A stretch of DNA of 64,000 nucleotides. It comes from Amphiscolops sp. MND2022. Its lineage: Eukaryota. The position numbers were made by a program, and so were the translations under genes. Location of the stretch: positions 70,308,001 to 70,372,000 of the forward strand of contig OZ076413.1 in NCBI GenBank assembly GCA_964187785.1, in the 5' to 3' direction. The notes under the pieces are model-generated. The model was not told the origin of the DNA. It saw only the letters and a program-made list of their open reading frames with translations, and searched no databases. This document shows positions 49,040 through 61,651 of this stretch, one piece after another. Positions within the stretch are counted from its first letter, which is position 1, and every line of letters begins with the position of its first letter.

Positions 49040-49400
49040 ACTATGCACCAAAATTACTGGAGGTACGAAAAATAGTGGAAAGTTTTGAAGATGACGGAGT
49101 AATTGTCGAGAAAGCAAAGCAAGCTGTCAAGGGTACAGAACTTGATATTCAACTCGCGGAGATCACTAGATGTTATGCATCATTGCTTCCACTCATGAAA
49201 AAAATGGAAGCTAAAAATAATTCAATTTTTGAAGCTTACAATGATCTCCGAGCCCTTAACTTCAAGGACGACAAATGCTGTATTGGAGAAGATTGATTGC
49301 AAATGATGCCGTAGATATTACCAGTTGTTCGAAAGATGGAATTTCGCCCGACCTATTTGCGAAATTACAAGGTTGTCCTCCAACATGTTGTGTATGAAAA
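49040..49400 (+). pseudogene. hAT-like transposase C-terminal fragment (CGGBP1-related type, from memory)
   Basis: EVRKIVESFEDDG...YNDLRALNFKDDKC...ISPDLFAKLQGCPPT precedes the position expected for the hAT dimerisation motif. Contains a stop and a frameshift. Confidence 0.5.
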
Positions 49401-49538
49401 TTTTCGATAATTGAATTTTCATAAAATTGAGTTTTTTGCAACAGTTCACCGCAAAACACACGATGTTTTTTTCCGAAGAGCAAGGTTTGCTAGTAATAAT
49501 GATAATGAACGTATAGTATGAGTGCTGATGTGGCGTAC

Positions 49539-49793
49539 CCCAGTGGCAGAAGTCGGATGATATGAGGAATATGGTGCGGGGGGCGGCGAGATATGGGGCG
49601 AGCAGTTGTCCGTACAGCCGCTCCCTCTCCTGGGTGAGGGCGCCGACCAAAATAGGCACTATGCGCACCCTGTCCAGATGGCCGGCCAGCACGTGTGCCA
49701 GGAAGGGCAGCTGCATCTCTATCGAGTGCTCCGCCACGTCCACCGACCCACTCATGCTGCTGAAGCGCCCCGTGTCCAACAACTCCTTCACCG
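49539..49793 (-). CDS. MEMO1: MEMO1 internal exon
   Basis: VKELLDTGRF...EHSIEMQLPFL...IVPILVG...ISSDFCHWG. Acceptor TTGTTGCAG, donor GTACGC. 255 nt, phase 1/1. Confidence 0.97.
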
Positions 49794-50529
49794 CTGCAAC
49801 AACACAACAAAGGTCTCCTTCTTCACTTCTCAGAAAGGAGTCATCAACATTATTATTCAACAAACCAGAGCCGCATGTGCGGTAAAGGAGTCGGAAACGT
49901 AGTAAAATGTTGACAAATTACATACTTTTGAAATCGTATGGAGTTTTTGACAAAATCCCTTTTTTGGTCATTTTTGGACTCGGATCGCAGTCGTACGATT
50001 TTGATGTCATTGCACACATAGGACTCTAATATGGAGTAGAAAGACTGTAGAAAATTTCGCTCGAATCGTAGGGACAGTTTTTGTGAAAATCGAAAAAAAT
50101 ACAAATTTGATATTATCCTCAGCAAAGTAGATTTGAAATATTTTTCAGCAGTTTTTTCCGACAAAAGAACGCATGTAAATGTAAGTTAGTCTCGACAGTT
50201 GTCAGACTGCACCGAAAAAATCGAAACATTCAATACTGACCTTTGTCAAAATTTCCGCTTAATTCAAAATATAAGATATTTGGGGGCATTTCGATATTCG
50301 GAGGCAATGGAACGTTGTATGTTTTTCCATTGCATAGAATCTGGCGCCATGAAGAACATCGCCAATGACAAATATGATTTCAAAAAATCAATGACCATAT
50401 ATTGGTTGTTTAAATCTGACTGATCTGTTGAATAGTTTTGTGAGAATGATCTTCAAACACGGCGTCTCGTGTTTACCGCTTTGACCGAATAGCTGCTGTG
50501 CGTAAACTTCTGGTAGCCAGACTACTGTA

Positions 50530-50910
50530 CTAGGTGAATCAAAAAAACGGAACGCACAAAAATTTCAGTGTTCGAAGATAGTAATATTTGTAAACAATTC
50601 GCTGTTAAGCATTCTTTTTTTTCGGTCGAGCATTCAAAATGAAGCTTTTCTTACGTAACCACATCTTCAACAAAGCATGCTTTAAACCTTCCGAGAAAGT
50701 CCAGACATCTTTACCAGTCAATTTGTTCGCACTGCTGATGGTTGAAAGTTCTTTGACACTCGAATGTGTGAAAGCAATGTTGTCAAATTGAATGATTGAC
50801 AAGCTGAATTTTAGCGTTCAAAGTTGTTTTGAAACATTTTGTTGACAAATATTTGACATACTGAGAGCATAAAATTTCTTGTGCGGTTCGTTTTTTTTTG
50901 GTTCACCTTG
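50530..50910. mobile_element. Tc1/mariner-type MITE
   Basis: Imperfect ~35-bp TIRs CTAGGTGAATCAAAAAAACGGAACGCAC / GTGCGGTTCGTTTTTTTTTGGTTCACCTTG, flanked by TA on both sides. Confidence 0.75.
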
Positions 50911-50912
50911 TA

Positions 50913-51255
50913 CTGGGTGAACCAGAAAACGGAACGCACAAAATTTTTCGATCTTTCAAGGTTTCAAATATTTGTCAACTAAAGTTTCACAACATCTTTG
51001 AACGATACTGTCGATTAATCAAGTTGGCAACTTTTCTTTGAAGCGAAAGAACTTTTACAGGTTGGAAATGAAAACGAAATGACTGTAGCGATGTCCAGAC
51101 TATTTTTGATAGTTCGATCCATCCTTTGTTGGGAGATGTGATTACGTAACAAGTACGTCATTCTAAATAATTGACAGAAAAATCAATGAATGTAGTATTG
51201 TTGACAAATATTACAACTTTGAAGACGCAAATTTATGCGCGTTCCATTTTTTTTG
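50913..51255. mobile_element. Second related MITE, right end truncated
   Basis: TA-CTGGGTGAACCAGAAAACGGAACGCAC left TIR. Partial right TIR ATGCGCGTTCCATTTTTTT near 51235-51254. Confidence 0.6.
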
Positions 51256-52577
51256 TATTTTGACCAAATGGTGTTTCAATCATCTAATTTTCAAGAACTT
51301 CTTTTCACAAAAGAAATCGAGAAACGCATAAAGTTAAAACCTTGAGGAATTTGGGATAAGTAAATGTTACATGTTACAGGAATACCAAAATAATTGAGTT
51401 AAAAATTATTTCCACATTTTCTGAGACTTGCAGTAATTCGCTCATAAAAATATTTAATTTCGAAACTTTTTCCTTTCTAATGCTTAAAAACCTATCTGAT
51501 CTTCGGAGATGTTGAACTATAATAGCTTAAAAATGAACGGTTGAATACCTGCTTAAAACTTTTGAACTGTGTAACGGCATCTAAATCTAAATGGCACTAT
51601 TTTTAGGATATCGCAGTAGTGATTTTCGGATGAAGCAACAAAGCACGCGGAAAGCAAATAAACCTCATTGGCTGATCATTTCATTGGTCGAGAAGTATTT
51701 CCAAAACATCATTTTCCAGTTTTGTTGAATTTTTGACGAAATGTTGTTTCAATCATCAAATTTTTAACAATTGCTTTTCACAAAAAATGAGAAAGGCATA
51801 AACATAAAACCAAATTCATTTCAACATTCCAAATAATTTGAACAAAACCTCTTCCGAAGATTTCGAACAATCCGATTTTTACTCGGAAATATTGCAAATT
51901 GTACTACTATGAGTTTGTTTTAAGTTGTTAAATTTCAAAATCGTATGTTATACATGTTATTTTACGAAATGGCCTAATTTTACAGCTACTTTCTACGACT
52001 ACAATTTTTTCTTTAAAAAATTAGGGAGTTCAGTAAATTTAGGGATACAATTGAGCATGAAAGTGCCTCAATCCTAACCTAAATTTGGCTAAAAAGGGCC
52101 TATAGTATTTTTTACAATTTTCAAACAAACATATTTGTAAATTATTTAAAAATCCAAGAAACTTAAGCTTTTACCATTTTGCGAAAAGCACTGCCGTTTT
52201 CGGGATATTCGACTGAGATCTGCCATACGTCGCTCTTTCCAGTATCAGTAGTGTGGGTGGGGTATCCTTGTGGACAGAGTTTTGATACTGTTAATCAACG
52301 ATTTAGCCAGTTAGCGGCCGCGCAGAATTTTTCTATTAGCGATTCAAATTAGCGACAACGAATAGATGGTCCAAATCCAAAAAAAATCTGTAAAACCAAC
52401 GCAGTATGAGAAATTCTAGTCTTTATTCTCGCAAAAACCGAAATAAGTCATCTTTTAATATTGAAACATACTTGACGTCAAACATTTAACAGTTTGAAAA
52501 GAATGTTTTTCAGCGAAATAGCGATTTTGAAATAAGCGGTTTAGCGATGTGAAAAGTGTGCTAGTGTTGTGACTAAC

Positions 52578-52759
52578 TGTTGGTGTCGACCTTGAGCTCT
52601 CCCACGGGGGTGGCGCAGGAGTGGAACTGGGTGAGGGCACAGTCGTCCAGGTACTTGCGGTGGGAGGGACCCAGGATGAAGACGCGGTCCACCTGCTGGG
52701 CGTCGATCTGCGAGTAGGCGAAGGCGGCGGTCGCCCCACAGTACACATACCCCGCGTGT
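52578..52759 (-). CDS. MEMO1: MEMO1 5'-most exon found in the window (not the first exon)
   Basis: HAGYVYCGATAAFAY...RVFILGPSH...TPVGELKVD. Acceptor TTGTTGCAG, donor GTTAGT. 182 nt; joins the next exon in frame (DTNTVKEL). Confidence 0.97.
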
Positions 52760-53899
52760 CTGCAACAACAACACCAGCCAACTCAACCAAGAGACTTTTG
52801 CACCCGACAGGGGGGGGGGGGTACCCGACAGGTACCTTGTTTCTTGGTTTGCACCAAAGCCTTGCACGTCTCGTGCCTCTGACTGAATTTCGGCATGTTT
52901 GAAAACATGCTAGGACCACTTTGACCCAATCTTGTCCCCACTGGGATAAAGTGGTCACACAAGTAACGAGGAAAAACAGAAATTTTGCGCTATTTTTTTG
53001 TCCCGTTTTCTTGATTTTGGAGACATCAAATCAATATTCCGTGGAAAGGTGTGCAATGCTATGTAATATCGTCTGAAAATATCATTCAAGAGTTTTCTTC
53101 ACCGGTCAGCTGGTGCGTTTAGAAGTTTGCAGAAACGAACTGGTACGAATTCGACCGTATCGTCCATTTAGGGCTAAAGAGTTGACTTGAAAGTAAACCA
53201 AAAATGAGCAATACTGATTCGAGTTTTGATAAGGAAATCCTCTACTCAAGAGGAATTGAGAGGAAACACTTCGATAAAACCCACTTTCGAGTATCAAAAG
53301 TGATATGGCTTGAAATCGAACAAGCATTTGTCGAAAATGAAAACAAATTGTAGACAATCAGCTCCACTTGAACCAATCCAGAGACAAAGAGCAACAAAAT
53401 TGAGTAATAATTCCACTTTTGGGCTATCGTTTGTCCACCATAGAAAGAAAACGCGGAAACGAGATGATGCTCAATTGTATGTTCCTCGATGATAAAAAAC
53501 TTCACACAAAAGCATGATTGTTAGGGAAGAGTATTAAACTGCAAAACCAGCCAATTTAAATGTTGAATTCGAACTGGACTCGATTTATAGCTTAAAACTC
53601 GGAATGTGGCAAACACCGAAGATTACAACACGCTGAAATTTTTGCTCCATGCGTCGATGTACATTTCCAGCGTCGAAGAGACAGCGACAAAGCTAGTATT
53701 CTGAAGGAAGCAAAGTTTACATTACATCGGAAGTGAATACTTGAAAAAGTCTGACCGGTAGTTGAACCCTATCTTATTGAATATGGACCAACACGCCCGC
53801 TTAGCACCCGAGATATTTTCCGCTTTGTTTTTCTTATTCTGTTTTTCTCTGCCAATTGTATTGTTTTCTGCATTATACCACATACCACTGAGCTAGGAA

Positions 53900-55100
53900 T
53901 GAAGGACTTGATGATTCATTTTCTCATTCTCCTCATGAAATATCTAATGATGATTTAACCCGATCTCCATCCACTACTTGACTATTTTAATTACTTGACT
54001 ATTTATGGAGACCGTGGAGATCTTTCTAATTTCAGAGATTCTGTTGAGCGGTGTTGTTGCGGAAATAATCCGTATTACAGCGGGCAAAACATGGGAAATA
54101 TTGCAGGAAATTCTAGGGAGGAGAGTATCCCTCAACCACGTTTGAAAAATATTGCAAAGATCAAAATCTTCCCTCCCTTTCGGAAAAAAAAACATTTTGA
54201 AGACAAGACTGCTTTTGACCTTGCTTCAAAAGAATGTATTAAAGCCATTCTTTTGGCATTCCCCCACGACTCTGAGACCAAATCTAACAATCGCTAGGTC
54301 CTAAGCAGGTCGAAATTATACTATTGCATGTGCCTCTTGTGTGTAACGAGGAATTGCTTCAATTGCAACCAAACACGGAATCCATTCGTGTGAAACATTC
54401 CACTGATGAGGTTGATGGAATCCATTTTTATAATGGTAAAGCAAGCATTACGGTCAAAGCACAATCCCCAGAACACCAAGACCTTTTGCCACACTGGTCA
54501 ATTGAAAGCCATGAAAAGAGAGGCTAAGGAAATCCAATTTATGCGTTCATTCCTGCACTACATTTGTGTCCTCATTGTTTAAAAAAAAGAAACTTTCATG
54601 GTCACATTTCACGGCGTCGTCATGCAAAAGAGGCGGTGAAAAAGAGGTGGCTAAAAAAGAGACCGCTGATAAACAAATTCAGACAATGAAAAACATGGTT
54701 ACAGAAGAAAAGCTGTCTACGGAGATTGATGACTCCAGTGATTTTGATCAAGAATTGGACGTCTGTCCAGGAAAAACCGCAAACATGATGAATCTGATCC
54801 GCCATGGCAAAGTGTGGAAAGTAGACGTTCCCGACGACGAGACTCGGGAGAAAAAAGAAAGAGCGCGTAACACCAAAAGAAAAAAACATTCAATTCTGAT
54901 TATTTCTTGAAAAATCCTGAAAAAAACTATACCTTCGTCTTCACCTAAATCATAAGCATTACTGTTGACGTGGAGCTCAAGATAATAGAAAACAGTATAG
55001 AGGATTGAAATGTGTATTAAAATTGAATGAAGAGAATGTTTTGATGTACTGTCTTTTAATCAGGCTCTAAGGCAAATGTTTCTTAGTTTAGTCTGAGGTT
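53900..55100 (+). mobile_element. Decayed LINE ORF1 copy
   Basis: KIKIFPPFRKK, FYNGKASITV and a CPHC knuckle, homologous to the other ORF1 pieces. Confidence 0.6.
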
Positions 55101-55229
55101 TAAACTGTTGACAGTTATATGTGTTAATGTATTTACAAACAATGTCTGAGTGTCATTCATATTTCAGACGCTATCACGCTTCCCCATTTACTTATGGGAA
55201 AAGGGTTAATCCTCATTAAGTTTAATGGT

Positions 55230-55860
55230 TAATAATGTACATAACTCAAATTGACAAACCGTCACTGATCACTAGATACTACGCTAGTGTAAAATGTAGT
55301 ACAAAGTTTAAAATGTTTCAATTGTTTGTTTCACTTCGACTCAGTTTCTTCTCCAGATTTCGCTATCTTCATTACATCAATGCCGTACCTTCTAGTGGGG
55401 ACTCGTTTCCGTTCCAACACTCTTGTTGGCCCGTTCTTCTGCACTTCCCACGAATTTGCATCTTCCCTCTTGTTTCGTCATTTTCTTCTTTTGTTACTGG
55501 CCCGAGTCTCGTCTCTTCTCCCTCTTCTGTTGCAGTCGAACTGAGTTCGATAACTGGAGGGCGGTCTTCTCTTTCAAAGTCGAACACTATCTCTGGGGCA
55601 TTGCTCTCCCCTTTCTTATTTTGCACTTTTCGCCTTATTGGTTGCACCTCGCTGTCACTCGAACTAGTTGTTCCGGCCAGTATCGCTCGTCTTTTGTTCT
55701 TTTTCTTCTCCATTCTTTCTTTTTGCTCATCCGTGGAGGCCGCCACATCTCTTTTGAAATATACCTTGAGGTATCTGCCTTTTCAGGGATCATGGTTATT
55801 GTGTGGGCTGACTCACTCACAACCTTTCCGCGCTTCCAGTCGAAGCAGCAAAAGATGTTG
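55230..55860 (-). mobile_element. Inverted ORF1-C-terminus-like fragment
   Basis: Minus-strand charged low-complexity ORF (55372-55746) preceded by a Cys/His-containing stretch. Abuts a + strand ORF1 piece at ~55860. Confidence 0.35.
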
Positions 55861-57700
55861 TTCGCATTAAACCAAAGGGACTTGAACTAATGAACAGGAC
55901 CGTACTCACGACAGCTGAAGAGACCTTGATGCTTAGGAAATCTGCCTTCCCTAAGGTACACGACATAAAAAATAACAACCTGCCGACAACAAGGTAATGG
56001 AATTATTGCAGATCCCAGACTTTGCGGAGCTAGGTGAAATCCAACGAGAACAACAGAGGACGGAACTTGGTACGTTCTACACTGGAAAGGCCAAAATGTC
56101 GGTGAAAATCAACAATGAAGAGGAACCAGAACGCTTGGAAATCACGGGCTTACTGAGACATAGTTTACTGGTGTGAACTCCTCATTTACGCCAGCATACC
56201 TGCTCTGCATCTATGCAAAAAATGTAGACTTGAGAAGCGGCAAAGAAGGAGGACACCACAAAGACTGGTTCAGACTCAACAGACAACCTGAACCAGCTGT
56301 AAAACCTCTCGTTGACCAGCCAGCTGAAGAAAAAAAACCGAGACAATTTGGAAACACTGGGGAAGAGAAAAAATTGCTATCAGACTCTAGCTGTGTAAGG
56401 GGTTTCTTGCACTGATCAGCTATTGTGGTTGACCAAGCAAGAAACCCTGAAAAACCGAGAGCATTGTCCCCCAATCTGGCCTGAGGACCAAGTTGAAGCA
56501 TCCTTGCCGGGTGGCAGATAGCAGGCCACAGAAAGATACCAGTCTTAACGACGTTTCCTTGATCGTGGAGAGTTTTGGAACGATCGTATCTCTATGAACT
56601 CGTCCAACTTTTTCTCCCCCTTTCGAGGCTCTTGAAACTAGCGAAAGCAACTACAACCCTCCCTATTTTTCCGTGTTACCTAAGTTACCTTCACTTCAAC
56701 CTCGTTTACCGATTACACAGGAAAAAAGCCGGAGAACTGCCATACAGAAACAAGACTATAAAAATTCTTCCACACTTTTTGCTAACTAAATCAATTGAAA
56801 AAGCAATAAAAACCTTCAGTAACAAACCATACGCTGCCAGCCAGAACAAACTAGAACCAGAAAAGAAACCACGCAAAAGATGAATTTCGACAGAGCCGTG
56901 ACCAAAAAGTTACGAATTCAAAGATCGATGTCAGGCAAGTGCTAAAACTTGAAATTTGAACTCCGCTGTGGAAAGAACTCTTTAACGATGGCGCTTCTCT
57001 GTAAAACGAAACGACAAAGGCGGACAGACATCCTCAGTGTCTTTCATCCGCAGATCAGGGGAATGATAGCTGAGTCGAGAACGAATAAGAAAACTCGGAG
57101 AAAAGATTACGAGCATTACTTGTAATCGCCTGTCGAAGCTTAAGTTGTGGCTCGATCAGACTGGATGGACTGAAAAAAATGAACAGGATCGTGTTCCGCA
57201 CCGCTGAAAATACTTGGATCGTGAAAACGTCGGCCTTCCGAAAAGTACACATCAGATCAAACAACCTGCCAGAAAATTGCGGCGACAACCTACTAATGGA
57301 ACTGATACAGACCTGACTTCGCGGAGCTTGGTGAAGTACAACGGGGACAGCGGACTGATCTCGGCACATTTTATACTGGAAAGGCAGGACGAGAACGTTC
57401 GGGAAATTGGTCGCAATCATGACCTTTCCCAGATATAGCATACTGGTGTGAAACTCCTGCACTCCCTGCGGATGAAGGAAAAGGGAAAAAATTGCCAACA
57501 ATGGAAGATGAAGACTCAATTTTCACCCAATTTGCGACCAACCCTAACAATATCTACGTCTTTCACAGTGGTCGGAGAGCGTAAAATGCACTCAATTAAT
57601 ACAGTAGCAGCCTCAAATGCAAAACAGATTCTTCGATAAAATTCAAACAAAGAAAGATCTTGTCCTACTCCGCATAATGGGACCACAACTAAAGAGACAG
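55860..57700 (+). mobile_element. Two decayed LINE ORF1 pieces
   Basis: GLELMNRTV...SAFPKVHDI...QIPDFAELGEI...FYTGKAK at ~55880 and again at ~57170-57380, similar to 45300-45540. Confidence 0.65.
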
Positions 57701-58283
57701 CAAAAATTTCAGGTGTCTGTTTCAAAATAGGAAATTCTCAGATTGATATGTCTTCAGTGGCTATGTTGAAAACATCGGTTCTACAACAAATACAGCACGT
57801 ACAAAACTCCAGCTAAAAACATTGAAACTTTGTAATGAAAAACTCAAAAAATTAGGCACAAAACTGCACGCAAACATCAGTTAGAACCATTAGTCAACAA
57901 CTTTCTTGATTCCATTTGGTTGGGCCGCAAACACAACCTGAAAAAATTGTAGCTTCAAAAACCTTGTTCTGCAATGTTAACAAAGTAATTGTAGCGTCCA
58001 AGCTTTTTGACTTGAAACTTTTCTGAGCGAAGATTCGACAGGGTCCTTTTTTGCACAGTACCGTAAACCTTACTTCGTTGCACCGAAATTTAACGAATCT
58101 TGAAAAAACCTTCCATTGTAGGCTTAATATTCAACAGAATAGCCAACTAAACATGCAGTGACGAAAAATTTGACAGCATTGCGCACGAAGTAAATCTACA
58201 ATTTTCTTTCGGACTCCGACAACTGAAGCTTTTCACAGGATTACGAAAATTTCTTCCAAAATGAAACTTTCGGCCTAATTATT

Positions 58284-61200
58284 GTGGATTTGTGTTCTAT
58301 AAATTGTAGGGGATTCAAGGATTCTAGTCGTTTAAACCAAATCATTTCTCAGTGCTGTGGGTCCAACCTAAAACTTCAGAATTTGATTTTCCATATTCAA
58401 GAAACAAAACTTGAAAAACTGACAAGTCACGTGAAAATTTTGGAAAAATATCACCTGAAATATCATTTAGTTCCAGCTGAAAACATGTCAGGGGGACTTT
58501 TCTCAGTTTTCCCTTAGTTTTTTCACAAAAAACGTGAGGAAGTCAACGTGTATGATTTTTATTGAATTTGAAAACTTTGATGGGCTTTTTGCTAATGTCT
58601 ACATTAAACCATCACATTACAGATTACGACAGTTCGAATCGGATATCAGAGAACTGTTCAGAGAAATTGAACAACGAAACTCAGAATTTTCTTAAAATCC
58701 GGTGATCTAAATGCTTTGCCAGCCGAAAGTTGTTCATCAAATCCTGTTATTATGCCTAATGACTTTCGTCTTTTGCGATATAGAAAAAGTGTAAGAATCA
58801 TGGGACCACTCAACCTTGATCATGTTACTTCCGCATCAAATCTTGACTTTTTCACACACTTTGATAAAACATCTGGCACTTTTAGTCAAATTGATCATAT
58901 ATTTACTACTGAATCCAATTGCAATTTCTTAACCTAAAAGTTAGCTTTCTCTGAGCACCGGCTAATTATTTTGACTTGGTCAGAGGAAACTTTTTTCCGG
59001 TCAAGTTATTGGAAATTTAATGACAATGTTTTGCACCAGCACACCTTCGTTCAATCTATAATACGTGAAAAATTTCAGCAAGCCAATTCCAACATTGGGA
59101 CTGAACTTCATAATAATGATTACCTAAAAAATATTATACGTGAAAAGCTAAGATCAGTTTGTATTCTATATGCTCACAAAGAAAAGTTTGAAGAGAAGTT
59201 AATTTCAAGAAATCGAACAAACTGAAATTCGTTTAGCCCGATCCGGATCGGACGGAATACTTTTGAAACAGTCTCATCTCACAAGTCAATTATCCAAAAT
59301 TCAAGGAAACGAATCGAAGAAAGATGTAAACAAATGAACTTTTCCACAGATTTTCACAACGGTGATTCCCATTCTGTGAAAAACTACCTTAACAGAAAAA
59401 AAGAGAAAACGAGAATTCAAGCAATCAAAATTAATGCATGTGATGGAACTTGTGATGAAGACCGAATAAAGCAAGAATTTGTTGATCATTTTACAGAACG
59501 TTTTTTGAAGCCTTATATAATTGGCGACCAGAAACAGTCTAAAATCGTAAAAACAACAAGTTATATCTGACTTTCGCTCGAAAAAGTCTGGACAAATCAA
59601 TGAAATTCGAGACCTGTGTTTCACAAGGGGAGAAATATCGGAAACTGAGGTGACTAGCCATTAAGCGATTAAATCCGGACAGTCTCCCAGGCTTAGATGG
59701 GCTTACTTCTATTTTTTACAAAGCGCATTCCGATTTCTTCGTACCTACTTGTGCAGTATTTATATTCAAGCTTTTTCCGAGAAGGGTTCCTGTGTCAGTT
59801 CAAAAATGCTGTCGTGAAGTTCATTCCAAAAAAAAACAAAACAGAAAAGGTAGGGGATTTTCGTCTCATAAGTTTGATGAACACTGATCAAAAAATACTA
59901 TCGCATAATCTCACTGCAAGAATAATCACTCCATTTTCCAAAAAAAACTCATTTCTCACCAAACTGCATACTTGCCTAATCGAAGCATTCATTCATCACT
60001 CATCAAAGTGAATGTAAATCTAGAGAACTTCCGAAGCACTGACTGTTTAGTTGCAGTTGATTTTGGTGAAGCATTTGATAGAATTGATAGAGACTTCCTT
60101 TTCTCCTTATTGAAGCTATTGGCATTGATGAACGCACATTGAATTTGATAAAAATCATCTATGAATCCACTGTAGCTTTCTTAGACATAGATGGTTTTCT
60201 TTCTCTTTCGATAAGTATGAAAAATGTAGTACGCCAGGGATGCCCTTTGTCAGCACTCTTGTTCGACCTGGGAATTGAACGACTTTTGTTGTTCATTAGT
60301 GAATCCCAAGGGGTCTAATCAGATTCGATGTTCAAAGTAATTTATATGCAGACGCTTTAACCTGCTGTATCAAAAAAGAATCGTTTGATGCGTTGATGAC
60401 GACTCTAAACTCTTTCCTTGAAGTTACAAATCTGACGCTTAATCATAAAACTGAAATTTCATGTCAGGAGAAATGCTCAATGAGGTCGCAAAAGTTGAAA
60501 CAGCGAAAAGTTAAATTCAAGACTGGTAACTTCAAGTTAGAAATGATTTCAAGGCTGACAGGGGCAAATAAGTCTCGCATGTATTGCAACAAGGGCTAAA
60601 AATATGGAAACATTTGTTATGCAGAAACTAATTCATCAAGTAGGACATAAAACAGCTCTTAAGAATCAAATGGAACGAATTGATAACATCTTTGTTGACG
60701 CAATATGGCTCGGGCGCAAACACAAATTGAAAAAAAGTATTTTACAAAAACCTTGGTCTGTAATGGGTTTTGCTTTCAAAAATTTCACAAGTTGTTGCTT
60801 CAAAAATTTTCGATTCCAAAAATTTTTCAGCTGAAGAAAACAATAGGACGACAATCGAGTTATATCGTAAAACATTGTTTCGGAATTTAACTTCTTTGAT
60901 AAGAACATTTCACTGCAACTTGAGAATTAATGACCGAAGCGAAGTCGAATTACATAAGGAAAATAATATTCTCATCCTCAACACACAGATGAGAACAAAA
61001 GAAATTCATAAATTTCTTTATGCTTCAGAAAACACTGAACCATATCAGAGAAACACTAAAATTGCATCGAAAATCAATTACTCACCCGAACAAATTTTTA
61101 CGTTCATTCGCAGACTGTGGAAACAGGAAAAATATGCAGCTTTGAAGAACTATTTGTATCAAATTTTCATGAATTATCTTGAAAAAAAAACAAAAAACTG

Positions 61201-61429
61201 GAACTCGGATGGGTTCTTGATTGCATCTGTTGTTACTGTGGTACGGAAGAAGAGTCACGGTCACCTTTTGTTTGAATGTCCAAGCGTTACCAATCTAAAC
61301 TTTTTTAACGTGGCAGCCTATCTCCCTGGACTTTCTTACACCTCTGGGGATATTTACCCTTTTAAACGCTCAATTGCTCTTCTTCTTTCATCTTGGAGCT
61401 CAGATAAAGCAAAGTTCACACACGATTGA
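58284..61429 (+). pseudogene. L1/Tx1-clade ORF2 (APE endonuclease + RT), many frameshifts
   Basis: SINCRGF, IQETK, SYWKFN, PGLDGL (~59685), FIPKK...FRLISLMNTDQKI, VDFGEAFDRI, RQGCPLS (~60232), YAD (~60345) and a C-terminal HLLFECP. Confidence 0.92.
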
Positions 61430-61651
61430 GTTAGCCTAAGGAACCCTTTTCTACCTAATCACTAAACGAACCAAGTTGCTACCGCTGATATGTAACTAAG
61501 CAATGAACACCAAACCATCGAAAACCATTTAGTATGGCTGTAATTCAATGCGAATACTGAGTTATTCATACCGATATGTCAAACTTGCCATTAATCTCAT
61601 TTACTGGATGTACTTGTATTTTTGTGGTATTTCTTAATGAATTCTCTGAAA

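Noticed and set aside
49318-49863. The 181-aa ORF as a complete gene; likewise 38505-38759 and 36670-36954
   Set aside because: They are MEMO1 exons plus read-through into introns; splice sites define shorter exons.
58273-58290. GCCTAATTATTGTGGAT as a fifth leader-like motif
   Set aside because: Two mismatches in 16-17 nt, and it overlaps the ORF2 start; probably coincidence.
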